Source: Octopus sinensis
Lineage: Eukaryota
NCBI RefSeq assembly: GCF_006345805.1
Contig: NC_042998.1
Location: 11,098,001-11,162,000, forward strand
DNA length: 64,000 bases
Reading direction: 5' to 3'
The notes beneath the pieces were generated by a model, which saw only the letters and a program-made list of their open reading frames with translations, was not told the DNA's origin and searched no databases. Position numbers and translations under genes: made by a program. Shown here in pieces: positions 41,601-59,384 of the stretch (positions are counted from its first letter, which is position 1; each line of letters begins with the position of its first letter).

Positions 41601-42142
41601 TATTTTTACGTGTTTAAAATTTAACGAAACATATTGTTTTAATCTATTAAAATTCTAATGGAAAAGCGAATTAACATCATTAGAATCAAATAAACTTACT
41701 CTCAAAAAAGGGTCACGAAAAGAAGACCTGAAAGTTGAAGCTCTCTAAATTAATATGAAGATTTACAGAATCAAGTGAGGCTAAATTTTAGTAAACATTG
41801 CGACGGATTACTGTTTTATTACACATGGTCAATCATATAATCATAAGTTCTAAAGACTAGCTTATCTCTTTCAAATATCAATTTTATATTTGGTGAATAA
41901 AAATTTCCTCAGATCTCTTTCTTGCCTCATTTTCGAGTAAATTTTCATTTTTTAAATGCTAGTGTATTCGCATTACATTTATAATTTTAATTAAATAAAA
42001 TTTGTTTCCAGTTCACCACATTAAATCTGGTGGCCTACATTTAATTATGTGTTCTTCATTCAGAGAGCAGCCTTGGGAAATTTTCCAATGTCATTACACA
42101 CATACACACACGAGTGTGTGTGTGAATGTGTGTATATATATA

Positions 42143-42505
42143 TGTGTGTCTGTGTGGATATATATGTGTGTATATGTGCGTATATATGTGTGCGTGCGTG
42201 TATGTATTTATATATACATACATACATATGTGTGCATGTATATTTATGTATTGCATATGTATACATATTTATAGATACACTTACATACACATGTATGTAT
42301 TTATGTTTTATATGTATATATATGTGAGTGTCTGTGTGGATATATATGTGTGTATATGTGCGTATATATGTGTGTGTGCGTGTATGCATTTATATATACA
42401 TACATATGTGTGAATGTATATTTATGTATTGCATATGTATACATATTTATACATACACTTACATACACATGTATTTATGTTTTATATGTATATATATATA
42501 TGTGA
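42143..42505. repeat. Two-copy tandem of a ~183-bp unit built from mixed microsatellite motifs
   Basis: gtgtctgtgtggatatatatgtgtgtatatgtgcg...tattgcatatgtatacatattt occurs twice in register. Confidence 0.8.
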
Positions 42506-43212
42506 GTGTGTTTGTGTATATGTATGTAAATATATGGATAATATATGGGTTTATATATAATTATTTGTATATATATATATGTGTGTGTGTGTGTGTATGT
42601 GTGTATGTGTGTGTGTGTGTACATGGGAGGAGAAAGAGAGGAAGAGCCTTTGATATGAAATGGAACTCAGAGAATATATAACCCAATTTCTCGGCAGAAT
42701 GACACGAGCATTGAACCTAAATGCAGTTTTTCAATGTTTTGAAGTTCTTATCAGAGTTCATTAACATTTGTTGCAGTTAAACAACTTGCAGCTGTACAGC
42801 AAATGTGATTCGGTATAATGAATTTTCATGTTATGTTGCTAATTTCTTGATAGTTCTGAAACTAACACCAATACGCAAATTAACACAACTTTATGTGACC
42901 TAGATTTACATTTAACATATTTCTATAAACTGTTTCATCTTAAGACCAAAGCGGACAATGTTCAACGAATTTTGACGAGAATTGAAGAAAATCTGCAAAT
43001 TCAGTAAGTTTGCATCTTGGGTTGTGAAACCATGAACTTGATGTGTATTGACAGAGCAACTTGATATATCTTTTTACTTATTTGTTTTCCTTGCTTCCAT
43101 CATAGCTAATGGTGTGCATTGAGAAAGAGGGGAAAATAAAATGCAAAAAAATAAATAAAAAGAGAAACGATAAAAAGAAAGAGAGACAATACACGCATAA
43201 GTACACACTCAT

Positions 43213-43243
<31 letters not shown>

Positions 43244-44216
43244 TATATACATACAAACATATACAAATATATGTATATATACATACATATTTCAATTCAT
43301 ACATACATATAAATATACATACACACACACACACAAATACATATCAGTGGTGACCCCGGCACTCAAGCTGTTCCCGGCTTAGCCCGAGCATAAGTTTAGT
43401 AGAGTGAACCTGTATTTTCACGGTGATTTAATTTCTGACAACGCTGACTTCAAGTATGCATTTGCAGCCAATAACCCGCGTTCCTTTGATTGAGTCTGGT
43501 CGCAGTTCATATATTTTTGTTCAGCGTCTGGCAGTCGTCTAAGAAGTGCTCTATGTCAAAAGATATCATTCGTAGCAGACATTCTCTCGACATCGTTCAC
43601 ACGCGCCTGATTCGGGCTCAGAAGTTGTATCCCGAGTTGTTATCTATGATCATAAAAAATAATAAGTAATTCAAATTCAATGTTTTCTTGAAACAATAAA
43701 TTTCTATACAGATTAGAGTTTAAATTCCAATCTATGAAAAGTTTCCGTTCTACAATATTCTTAAAGGAACTAAAATTATCCAGCAATTAGGGCTAATACC
43801 AACGAGCCTGGTAGGTGGGAAAGACTAAATAGTATCTCCTGTCAAGAGTACAGACAACAGTCAGATCACAGATTGCTGTGCACCCCGCTGTCGTTATTTG
43901 ATTGCCGTTATATGTGCGTTTGTGTGTAAAGATCATTTGTGTTTTGTAAGGTTGCTTTAATTTCACCCTTAACTTAGAAAGGGACGCAGACACAGTGCTA
44001 GATATAAAAAATGAGCCATTTGGAACTAGAAATAAAGCGGGAAAACGTGAAATTCATCGAACAGGCCTGTGATGAGTCCGAGTGACGTTGATGACCTGTA
44101 GTCACCTCTAGTACATATATGTGTGTGTGTGGTGTGTGTGTGTGTGTGCGTTTGTGTCTATATATATATACATTATATATGTATGCATATACACACACAT
44201 ATATATAATATATATA

Positions 44217-44261
<45 letters not shown>

Positions 44262-44449
44262 ATATATATATATGTATATAATATATATCGGAGGTGTATT
44301 GCTGGGCAAGTGATTTGATCTGAATCTATGTCTTAAAACTAAATCAATTACGGTATGGAAGTCACATATTAACCTCTCAAAAAGTTACAAACACTGTTAA
44401 CTTCAATTAAGTACCTGCAATTTGGTCAGTAACGCAGTTCCACTGCAAT

Positions 44450-44660
44450 GCTTTCTATTTACAGGTACAAGATGCAGAATTTGTGAGGAGGGAGTTTGAA
44501 GATTACATCGTCCGCCGTGTTCCTGCGGTACTCATTTTATTGAGCCGGAAATGATAACAAAGTCGACCTCAGCAGAATTTCAACTCAGTACGTAATAACG
44601 GAGGAAATATTGATAAACATTTTGCCTGGCGCGTTAGGGCTCCCGGCAGCTCACCGCCTT
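44450..44660 (-). mobile_element. Diverged SINE (GGTCGACT core family)
   Basis: aagtcgacctcagcagaatttcaactcag...agctcaccgcctt. Confidence 0.75.
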
Positions 44661-44729
44661 GCTGCAATGTCATAATAAATGCTTATGTTAAGTCCTCGGT
44701 CTTTGTGTGTTTCTGAATGGCTAACGTGC

Positions 44730-45126
44730 ATCTTCCACGCTGTTGGAAGCACTCCGTCGGTTACGACGACGAGGGTTCCGGTTGATCCGAATCAACGGAA
44801 CAGCCTGCTCGTGAAATTTACGTGTAAGTGGCTGAGCACTCCACAGACACGTGTACCCTTAACATAGTTCTCGGGGATATTCAGCGTGACGCAGAGAGTG
44901 ACAAGGCCGGCCCTTTGAATTACAGGTACAACAGAAACAGGAAGTAAGAGTGAAAGAAAGTTGTGGTGAAAGAGTACAGCAGGGATCACCACCATCCCCT
45001 GCCGGAGCCTCGTGGAGCTTTAGGTGTTTTCGCTCAATAAACACTCACAACGCCCGGTCTGGGAATCGAAACCGCGATCCTATGACCGCGTGTCCGCTGC
45101 CCTAACCACTGGGCCATTGCGCCTCC
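44730..45126 (-). mobile_element. tRNA-derived SINE
   Basis: Head ggcccagtggttagggc...ggtttcgattccc; 3' half homologous to 2944-3090. Confidence 0.85.
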
Positions 45127-46329
45127 TATTCCACGCTGTATTTGCTATATTTATACACACGCGCTCGCTCGCTCATGCGCACACACATGCATACATACAC
45201 ACATACATACATGCATATATACATACATACCTAGATAGGTATTTGTACATATGTATGCATGAACACATAGACACATTGTTTTATTTTACTTAACTGCATG
45301 TTTGAGATGGCAAATCGTCGGAACTGGATAGTTTTCCTCTATGAACTCAGTTCATACATGTCAATAACATTTGCACTTGTTTGTTGTGCTGCTCTACCTA
45401 GCAACGGTCATAACAATTCATAACTATATAATCCGATACCAGGTCACAAAACTTACGAAACACACAAATGTGGCACGGTGGATGGCCTTTAATTCTTTTT
45501 TATGTAGGGTTAGAATTTTAATCAGTATGTTTCTTAAGAGATTAGCATTTATTTTTATCAATGATAGCCAACCCGTAGAAACGTGCGGGATTCTGAGAAA
45601 ATCTACTCAGAAAACCGTTCCCCTTTTTCCATATAAAATTTTGAGCTTTTGTCATCAATTTCATTCGTTTGAAATTATTCGATAGTTATCATTTCAGAAG
45701 AATGATTGGTGTATGTTCGGGCTACTTGTTCGGTTGTCTAGATGAATACCTACCAGTCTCTATTTATCAATTTGCATCCAGTTATACAAAAATTCCCTTT
45801 TCTCAACACTTCTGTATGTTTTACTACCATGACCTTGCGCATGCTGCGTCAACTAAAAGGTATTACGTTTGAATTAGGACAATCAAAAGTGGCACCTTTT
45901 CACATTAAAAGAATTTTCACATTACAAAAAGACAAAACAACAACTGTGTCACAGAAACCACAAAGTCGTTTTAAGTTGCGTCAAGAAGTATCATACCTAT
46001 CTGGAACGTCGCTTCTGATAACACCAACAATTGAACGGGGACCGTGTGCATATGGTGCATAACGTATACTCTCTCTTTTCTCTCTTTTACTTGTTTCAGT
46101 CATTTTGACCGCGGCCATGCTGGAGCACCGCCTTGTGAACGTTATGTACCAAATATGCATTCTCACAGTTATTTTCCTTGACTGAGCGGGCAAAAAACAT
46201 AGGCTAAAGATTAGCACGTAACACAACAGTTTCCCAGATGCACAGAGACGTACGTTGGGTTTGATAGGAATGGGCCATATACAAATCCTTTTCCTCCTTC
46301 TCCTCCTCCTGATCATAATCATGATCCTC

Positions 46330-46364
<35 letters not shown>

Positions 46365-46424
46365 CATCATCATCATGGTTTTCATCATCATCATCATCTT
46401 TATTATTATTTTCATTGACCTGTT

Positions 46425-46885
46425 TGCTCTAGCAGATGTTATACCGACACTATGCCTAAAAAGAGCGAGCCATGGCCAAAGGTCTTTTAGATCATTCCTT
46501 CTTCAACTTTCTAACACCCTTCTTAGAAACCTTGCTGTTCCTAACAACGCTGTTTCCTGCAACACCCCCGTTTCTAGCTTCTCAAACCATGCACCCAACC
46601 TTGCTCCCAGCGCCCAAACACCTCTCCATAGTTACCTGATTTCCCATTTCAGTTCCTGATTTTTTCCACTCTCACCTTTGTTCTCATTCATCCTGAGCTC
46701 CCACCGTGAAGCAATATCCACAATAATTGCTTTGTTGTTCTTATGACAACCATATCAAGATTTTTGTCACAGTAAAATAGTGACACTGGATGGTCATGTC
46801 CCACAGGATCGTAAATTGTTCATTTTCAGCAACGTTTTCCATTTGATGCACATACCATGTCTCACTTCTGCTCATCATACTTATG
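46425..46885 (-). mobile_element. R4/Dong 3' fragment (RLE end)
   Basis: WYVHQMENVAENEQFTILWDMTIQC ... LQETALLGTARFLRRVLES*. Confidence 0.8.
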
Positions 46886-47342
46886 ACAGAGATAAGATCT
46901 ATATTGACATGAATATTCCTTGCGATCACAATATCGCGGCGAAAGAATTTGACAAGATCAGTAAATATAAAGACTTGATAATAGAAACTGAAAAAATGTG
47001 GCATCACAAGGCGACTAGAGTTCCGGTGATTGTAGGATCTCTAGGAATGATTAAAAACAGGTGCTGAAACCTATTTGAAAATGTACCAGGATTACCATCC
47101 CTACAGGAAGTGCAAAAAGTCGTATTATTTGGAACGACTCATGTACTGAGAAGAGCATTATTGTTGTGAAAACAACATCCATTCATGAATTTATTTATTT
47201 ATTAATGTTTGTAAATACAAATGTTACCTGTGAATTTGCGGGTGTAATCTGGGAATGCATACAATGAGCTTCTCTGCCCAAGGTGTACGGAAAAAACTCG
47301 GCGAGATATGGAAGAAAATTTGAAGAAAGAAGAAAAAAAATC
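46886..47342 (+). mobile_element. R4/Dong 3' fragment with 3' UTR and (TAA)n tail
   Basis: IDMNIPCDHNIAAKEFDKISKYKDL...VPVIVGSLG...QKVVLFGTTHVLRRAL*. Confidence 0.85.
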
Positions 47343-47364
47343 AATAATAATAATAATAATAATA

Positions 47365-47447
<83 letters not shown>

Positions 47448-47450
<3 letters not shown>

Positions 47451-47640
47451 GTTTGCTTTTTTCTTCGTATTTGTACAAGTTGACTCCAAGTCTCATCCAG
47501 AGACCTCAAGAGACAACAAGCTAGAAGTTCAAGTTGGTGTTATGACTAGGGTGCCATATGTTTGGTTTTGCTCAGAGTACTGTTCTAGACAATGCCTGTC
47601 GGAGTATGAAAAATTAGAAGTCTGTTTTAGAATTTGATTA
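47448..47640 (-). mobile_element. Probable R4/Dong extreme 3' end, tail-to-tail with the previous element
   Basis: Minus frame ILRQALS resembles the HILRRxLS terminus, followed by a UTR and (TAA)n on the minus strand. Confidence 0.5.
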
Positions 47641-47733
47641 TAAGATAATAGTGTGATGTTAAGATGGCAGTAAATGGTGTTTGCTATTATGTACATTTAA
47701 AAGTACTTTTGACAATGTTTACAGATTAAAATG

Positions 47734-47840
47734 TTTTGGGGATTACACAGACAATATTTTTCGTAGGTGTTTTTCGGATTACATAGACGAAATTTTTCGT
47801 AAGTGTTTTGGGGATTACATAGACAATATTTTTCATAGGC
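47734..47840. repeat. ~39-bp minisatellite, about 3 copies
   Basis: ttttggggattacacagacaatatttttcgtaggtg repeated with variants. Confidence 0.8.
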
Positions 47841-47904
47841 TATCATTATTATTGTTATAATTGTTGTTGTTATTATCATCATCATCATCATCATCATCAT
47901 CATT

Positions 47905-47998
<94 letters not shown>

Positions 47999-48038
47999 TA
48001 TTATTATTATTATTATTGCTGTTGTTGTTGTTGTTACT

Positions 48039-48262
48039 AGGCGGCGAGCTGTTAGAATCGTTGGGCCGCAAGAGAAACTGCTTAGCAGCAGTTCGTCCAT
48101 CTTTGCGTTTTTACGTTCTGTGTTCAAAAATCTCCCGAAGTCGACATTGCCTTTTATCATTTCGGGATCTATAAAATAAAATACTAGTTAATCACTGGGA
48201 TCGATGTAATCGATTTACCCCTTCCCCCGAGAATACTATGCGTTTGTCAAATTTTGAAACTA
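48039..48262 (+). mobile_element. Diverged SINE (GGTCGACT core family)
   Basis: aggcggcgagctgttagaatcgttgg head; gtcgacattgccttttatc core; tttgaaactattatt tail. Confidence 0.75.
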
Positions 48263-48264
48263 TT

Positions 48265-48800
48265 ATTATTCTTTCTTTTTCTCTTAACTCTTGTTTTGTC
48301 GGAACTCCTGGTGTCTTGGATGAGTAACGGGTTTGTTCCTTGCACCCTACACTACCATGGTATCTGTTCTTTTTCAATTATCTAATACTTCCCTAATGAT
48401 TCTGGCTGTGCTAAAGAAGCAAGCATCTTGTAATAGCTCTACAGGATACTCTATTCCCATTTCTTTTATTTTCCTTTTGATACCTTTCGATATTGTCCTA
48501 AATAACTACACACTAATTCGCACTATCTCCCCATTCTTCATTTTCCATAGAGGAGCTATGTTGCATTTAACAGGATATGTCCCTCTCTCTCTCTTCTTCG
48601 CCTACCTTCTTGATTATTTGTGGTTCAAAGGGTCACGAAACATCAACTATATGATATATGAAGTTGACCTTGTCAACGGCTACTAGGTCCAGCTTGTTGT
48701 GCTCATGTACTTGGCCTGTTTTGATTAGGAAAAATCATATGATTTTGCGGGTCTAGGACTCTACCATTCTCTGTGATTTCTGTTCACGCTTCATCCTGAT
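48265..48800 (-). mobile_element. R4/Dong 3' fragment (RLE end)
   Basis: ITENGRVL...HEHNKLDLVAVDK..IVDVS*PF...VELLQDACFFSTARIIREVLDN*. Confidence 0.75.
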
Positions 48801-49242
48801 GGAACTCTCTTGTCATTATGTTCATTCCCCGCCCACACATTCACACCTGGGCGGGTAACTTACAAATATATTTGTTCTCGTATTTTGAGGTCTGAAAGTC
48901 CAGTAGAGAGAGAATATAATTCGATAATGTGTACTTTAAGGTGATCATCAAAGTTACTGACGTTTGTAATAGAATACTCTGCATGTTCTGTCGAAGTAAG
49001 ATATTATACCTGATATCATACAAATGCACATTAAATCTTTTGTTTATATTTTTTTCTGTAGTGCAACAAACATATATCAAGTCGTATTCCGCGCATTCAG
49101 CAGCTTGCAAGAAATAAGAATTGTTACAGCTCTCACCTTCTGTATAAATAGCATTGCTTTTAGATCTTGTCATGGAGTTGACCTGACACATGCTGTTACA
49201 CAATGAACGGGGATTACTATTTTTGCGATTGTCTTTAGGGGT

Positions 49243-49259
49243 ATACTACTACTACTACA

Positions 49260-49329
<70 letters not shown>

Positions 49330-49456
49330 AAACTACTACTACTACTACTAAAACTACTACTACTAAAACTACTACTATTACTACTACTACTACTACTACT
49401 ACTACAACTACTACTACTACTACTACTAAAACTACTACTACTAAAACTACTACTAT

Positions 49457-49494
<38 letters not shown>

Positions 49495-49512
49495 ATAATA
49501 ATAATAATAATT
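49243..49512. repeat. (CTA)n then (ATA)n array
   Basis: Directly visible; includes recurring ctactaaaa variants. Confidence 0.95.
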
Positions 49513-52500
49513 ACCTCAGTTTAAGAGATAAGAGTTTACCAAGAAACCCTGAAGGCCTCAGTTAAGATGCAGACTGACCACAATACAGCATCAGTAAATA
49601 ATAGAGTAAGGAGGTGAAAGTGGACCAGCGAAGAAAAGAGGATAGGGATGCAGTGCTGCTTAGAAAGTGAACCTAAAGGAAGGGGTTATAGAAAACAGAT
49701 GTTGACACTTTGGGTAGAAAAGGATATGTTTAAAGTGACTGCGCAGAGACTAATAGATAAAGCTAATACTATTAACACCTTACCCAACAATTATTTTGAA
49801 AATAAATGTATTTTTTCAGACATATTTTTTAATTGTTTTATTTTACTATGTTTTGAATGGTGATTTCGAGGTATATTTCAAACCTTATTTATTATGAATT
49901 TTAATTCAATAATATTGATTTTAAATTACCGCTTTGGGCAGAAATGAGTTAACCCGTTTTTTTCATAAATCATATTACTTTTACAAAAAATCATGTTATT
50001 TTATTTGGTTATCGACATGGTGGGGTTATAATATAAAGGTATAAAAAAAAAACAGCGTAAAAACAAAGTGAATACTTCTATTCATAAAATGTGCCTTCCA
50101 ACCCTTCGACTGTCTCCAGGTGACTAAATCATACTCGGTCTTCAATGCCTTAGTCAAGCGAAAGGTGGCAGAAATCGTCACTGCCAGACGTATAAAGTGA
50201 GCGAATATACTCGTATATGTCAAAAAGGAGTTTATAATAGACAAAGGAACTCGTTTGCTGTCGATTTTGGCGAGTCTATCTTTTGACGAGTTAACTCGCC
50301 AGAGATAGAAAAAAACGATTTCGGTCAAAACGCATATATTCGTTTCTGCCGGGTAAGGGGTTAAGAGAAGAAACAGGATGACAGAATTGGACCCTCACAA
50401 GAGAACTGGAAAAGAAAGACCGGGCAGTAGGAAACACAAATATCAACATAAAAGATACAGCTCAAACCTAAAGGAAAAACTAATAGCGCTACCAGTAAGG
50501 AAGGGACAACTGGCACCAGCGATTTGTGTGATTTAAGTGAGGAAGGTCAGATTTTAGTTAAGTGGCAAGAAACAATGAGTAAAGAAGTAAGAAAAAGATT
50601 GCCAATAGAAGGAAGCTGCTAAATATGACTAGGAAAGTAGATTCTGTCATCAGTAGGATAGATACTAAAAATATAGGTAACAGTAACTTATCGATCTATG
50701 CTGGAAGATTAGATATTTACTAGAAGATTAGATATTTCACAAAGAAAGATTAGAAAATAGCAAATGTGGAAAAGGAAACTACCACATATATTGAAGACTT
50801 TAGAAAGATCTGAGTGGAATAGAAGCATGGAAACCGAACAGTTAGGAAACATAAGATGTAAATATTCGCTTGGGAACAGATACTTAGTCATAGAGAAATT
50901 ATTTGGGACAGTTATAGAAGGGTTGAAACAGCGTACCATAGCAGTATCAGGTAAATTTTCCAGATATAAGAAAAAACTGGATCAGTATCAACAGAATAGA
51001 TTATTTAAGACAGACCAGAAGAAAATTTATAACTAAATAAATAGTGGAGAATAGTCTTCTCCCAATTTACAGGGGAAAAAGGACCTCAAACGTCAAAATT
51101 AATAACATTCCCCCTGAGGCAGATGCCACATGCCTGGTAGCATTTTCACCGAAAATTTCCCCCAAAAACTTTTCGAAAATTTCCACCGAAAATTTTACCC
51201 AAAAAAGTAGTGAAGATGAGAAACCTCATGAAGAAGAAGCTAGTAAGTTCTGGAGTAATACTTGAGATAAGCCAGTCAATCATAACGGCGATGCAGAATG
51301 GTTAAAGAAAGTGAGGAAAGAAATAGTGAGTGAAAAGCAACCAGATCTAAGACTTAATGAGTGTTAGGAAAAATGCCGGATTGGAAGGGCCCAGGATTAG
51401 ATAAAGGTACTGGTTAAGAAATGTAGTAGATTACATGGGAGGTTGAGGGAGCAGCTTGAGGACTGCTTTAATGGAGGAATAATACCAGATTGGATGACTA
51501 GATGAAGAACAATACTATTTATGAAAGACAAAAGCAAGGTTAATACAGCTAGCAACTATAGACCAATCACATGCTTACTTTTATTGTGGAAGCTATTAAC
51601 AGAAATGCTTTCAGAAAGCATTTACGAACACCTTGACAGCCCGAATTTACTGCTTGAAGAGCAGAAAGTTTGCAGGAAGAACGCTGGAGGAAATCATGAT
51701 CAATTATACATAGACAAAGCAGTTCTAAATGAAGTAAAAGCTAGAATGAAAAATCTAACAATAGCATGAATAGATTATAGGAAAGTTTATGACATGATTC
51801 CACACTCATGGATAAGTGAATGTTTGAGTATATTCAGTATAGCAGACAGCATAAGAGAGTTAATTAGCTTTAACATGAAGAAATGAAAAGTAAATTTCTA
51901 CTCAGGTAATACACTCATAGGGAAAGTTAATATCAAAACAGGAATTTTCAAGGGGATTCGTTGTCCCCTTTAATATTTGTTCTATGTTTGATGGAATTTG
52001 ACATAGATAAGTGTGCCAAATTAGCCATGAGAATGGAACAGGTAGTCGGCAGTGGGGGTGTCCAATTACCAGATGGCTAGACATTAAAATCATAGAAAGA
52101 AGAGAGTTATAAATATCTAGAAGCATTAGAATCTGACAGAGTACAAACTATAGAAATGAAAACGAAAATTGAGAAAGAGTACATCAGAAGAGAGAGGAAA
52201 CAACTGAAGTCAAAGCTAAATGGTCTGAATGTATTGGAGGCTGTAAATACTTGGGCAGTATCATTACTTGAATACTCAGCAGCTATTGTGGATTAAACAA
52301 AATTTGAATTAGCAAAGCTAGACAGAAGAACTAAGAGAGAATTCAATATGAATGGAGGACTCCACACAATGGCAGGAGTAAAATGATTATGCTTACCAAG
52401 AAAGGCTGGCGGAAGAGGATTAATATCAGTAGAAGACTGAGTGGAGTTAAACACATTAGATATAGACTCCTATGTAGGTAATAGTGAAAAAAAGTTTATT

Positions 52501-53430
52501 AAAAGCGGCTAGAGTTACAGCAAGACATACGGAAAGCAAACGCTCAAACGAAGTTAAAAACCAGTAAAAAGAACAGAAAGTATCTGACTGGCAGAAGATG
52601 TTACATGGTAGATTCCCAGAAAGAGTTGCACCAAATAGTAGTAATGAGATATGACTACTGTGGCAGAAAAGGAAGCTGAAAAGGGAAGCAGAAGTTTGCC
52701 ATTAGCTGCTCAAGACCAAGCATTAAAGACTAATTGGATAAAAGCCAAGATAGACAAAAACCAAGTAGATTCCCAGTGTAGGTTATACAAATCAAAAGAG
52801 GAAAGTGTTACTCATATAGTAAGTGAATGTAGCATGCTGGCACAGAAAGAATACATGAAAAGACATGACAACCTACGGAGAGTAATCCACTGGGAGCTAT
52901 GTTGAAAGTTAGGATTTGAACATACTATTAAATGGTATAAACACGAACCTAGTAAAGTACTAGAGAGTAATAAATACAAGATGATGTGGGACTTTAACAT
53001 TCAGACTGACAGAGTAACAGAGGCTAGAAAGCCTGATTTAGTAGAGAATAAGAAATGCCAAATAATTGACGTTTCAATCCCAATTACAGCCAAATAATTG
53101 ACGTTACAGTCCCCAAAAATTCAATATGAGAGGTATAAAGAAAATAGCAATATACCAGGACCTAGCCATTGAATTACAGAGACTATGGAAAGTGCGGGTA
53201 AAATGCATCCCAGTAGCTATAGGTGCATTGGGAACTGTCCCTAAAGATCTGAACAGATGGACAGAAGAAATAGGCATAAATCTTAGCTTCGGAAAACACT
53301 GTTACTAGAGAAAGCTAGGAGAGTTAGGAGGGCTCTTGGCGTCTAAGGTGAGTTGTTGTAGTCCGTTGTTAGGATTGTTTTTCTTTCTCAACAGTCTAAT
53401 TTGTTGTGTATATTTGAAAATGATAATAAT
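49513..53430 (+). mobile_element. Heavily decayed, nearly full-length R4/Dong retrotransposon
   Basis: WTSEEKRIGMQCCLESEPKGRGYRKQM N-terminus; NYRPITCL; IPHSWI; CRLYKSKEESVTHIVSECSMLAQKEYMKRHDN; WDFNIQTD; YQDLAIELQRLW. Many stops. Confidence 0.9.
49776..50360. mobile_element. TTAA-specific (piggyBac-type) non-autonomous element nested in the R4/Dong copy
   Basis: TTAA at 49772-75 and 50361-64. Ends CACCTTACCC / GGGTAAGGGG. Removing the insert and one TTAA restores the host frame ANTIKRRNRMTEL. Confidence 0.88.
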
Positions 53431-53439
53431 GATTTCATT

Positions 53440-53830
53440 TATCTGTCACAAGGGAGATGGATGTTGGTTACAATACAAAGACAGAGATAAAGTGTTGGGG
53501 TTTACATATAATGAAATGATAGAAAAACAAAGTATACACGGTATACACTGAAAAGGAAACGACATATACATAGAATACAAGGGTTTAAAGAAAAGTGTGG
53601 GGGTGTTGATAGAGATGTAGCACTCCTGATACAGGAGAACCTCTGGGGATAATCGGGGGACCACACTGTCCAAGATTTCCTGAACACCAAAAGCAAGTGC
53701 CCTTCTCCCAATTCATTCTCTCCGGCTTATAGGTCTACATTGAGAGGTACCATACACCCTTGCCATTTTCGCTCCTTTCACCTACCTTTCAATAAACTCA
53801 CTCTCAATTTCCTTTTCAAGTGAAACTTGA
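53440..53830 (-). mobile_element. Tx1-like LINE 3' end
   Basis: FFKFHLKRKLRV...EFIER*VKGAKMARVYG resembles the ORF2 C-terminus of the family at 62950-64000, followed by a 3' UTR. Confidence 0.55.
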
Positions 53831-55169
53831 AGAAGTCGTAATTCTTTATACTTTTGGCACTATCCCAGCAGATTCAGGAGAGGAGTTTAATAGAATAATA
53901 TAATACCACAATTTCAATGATATTTTATTCTATTGACTCCAAAACGCAAAGTGGATCTCGGAAGGATTTATCTTCAGAGCGTAAAGATCCGAGAAAATGC
54001 TGCTTGGCATTTTCTCTGACATCACATTAATAATATTAGTAATGATGATTTTAAATTTGGTAGAAGGCCAACAACTGAAGAAAATGGTAGGTTTATTACC
54101 ACGACTTCAGTACTTAACGGGTATTTATTTTATCAATCTCGTAAAATGGTCCATTTGATGTAAACATCTGCTGTTTGAAGGACTAGACAAGTAGTGGTTG
54201 ATGAAATGCAGTTTTGCCATGAGTAGGTGTTGTAGCCGTTGGTTATTTGCGTTTTTCCGCTGCTCGTCTCCTCCTCGCAGTTGCACTCCTGAGTCAAACG
54301 TAGACTGAAGCAGGATGCCTAGCACATTGAGTACTCTCAGGCGCTCACATCCCACTATCATTCGGGTACTGAGATGTACTAAGGAGGATTAGAGACTCGG
54401 TGAGACTCTAGGCATCGACCAAAATCAACTGGCTGGCGTTTCCGGACGACTCTGGGGTCGGGCTCCATGGATCATTTTCAGAAATACTTGATCAGGCAGT
54501 GATACAATGGTGGGAGTGCATTGGCTTCCTGGAATAAATTCTATAGACATAGCGGTTAACCCTTCTCGAGATGCATGGAGATCGACAAAACCATCGTGTA
54601 CTGTGCACGTATGGATCCGGCTATCACGTATGGATCCGGCTATGGGCCGACCATTGTGAAGATCACCCCTCGGCTTTCTTTTGGTCACGAGGGTTAGGTA
54701 ATTTTCCCCTGTGTGGTGGCTATAGTGAAAGAAGCTGTGTTGAGGATGAGACGACAGAACTGCAGACCCTTCCCCTTCGACCTACGCTTCATCGCCTATT
54801 TTAAAATCTATTTATAAAATTGGAGGTGAGGGTTGATAGGGATGTGCTGCTCTCGTGTAGATTCGTTGGAACATGATTGAATGTATTCAGGATAACCCAA
54901 TCGTGTAAGCTAGACTGAGGGCTATGACGGAGCGAGAAGAGTAATTGTTATGGTACTCCTGGTGAGTAAGGTGGCACGGGATCTGTAAGGATCCTTGGTT
55001 GCCCCTGAGTGAGTTTTCCTCATTACTGGGGAATAGGTTTGCAAGAATTTCATTGCAAATTGGTATTATTACTGTTGTTTACACGTTTGTTATTATATAA
55101 CCACTGACTTTTGTCACAGTAGTGTCCTAAGTGTTTTTGTAGCACTTATGATCAGCAAAGAATAAAGAA

Positions 55170-55170
<1 letters not shown>

Positions 55171-55250
<80 letters not shown>
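55171..55250. repeat. (TTA)n array at the 3' end of the Dong-type element
   Basis: Directly visible. Confidence 0.95.
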
Positions 55251-59378
<4,128 letters not shown>

Positions 59379-59384
59379 TATTTG

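Noticed and set aside
44065-44110. GTGATGA-GTC-cgagt-GAC stem resembling a classic hammerhead stem II
   Set aside because: C3 and the GAAA are missing; at most a dead relic.
47734-47840. CRISPR-like array
   Set aside because: Contiguous degenerate tandem units with no unique spacers, in eukaryotic context with no cas genes.
54200-54800. Possible Tx1-like C-terminal remnant containing a 19-bp tandem duplication (cacgtatggatccggctat x2)
   Set aside because: No convincing motif in any frame; the duplication alone is uninformative.
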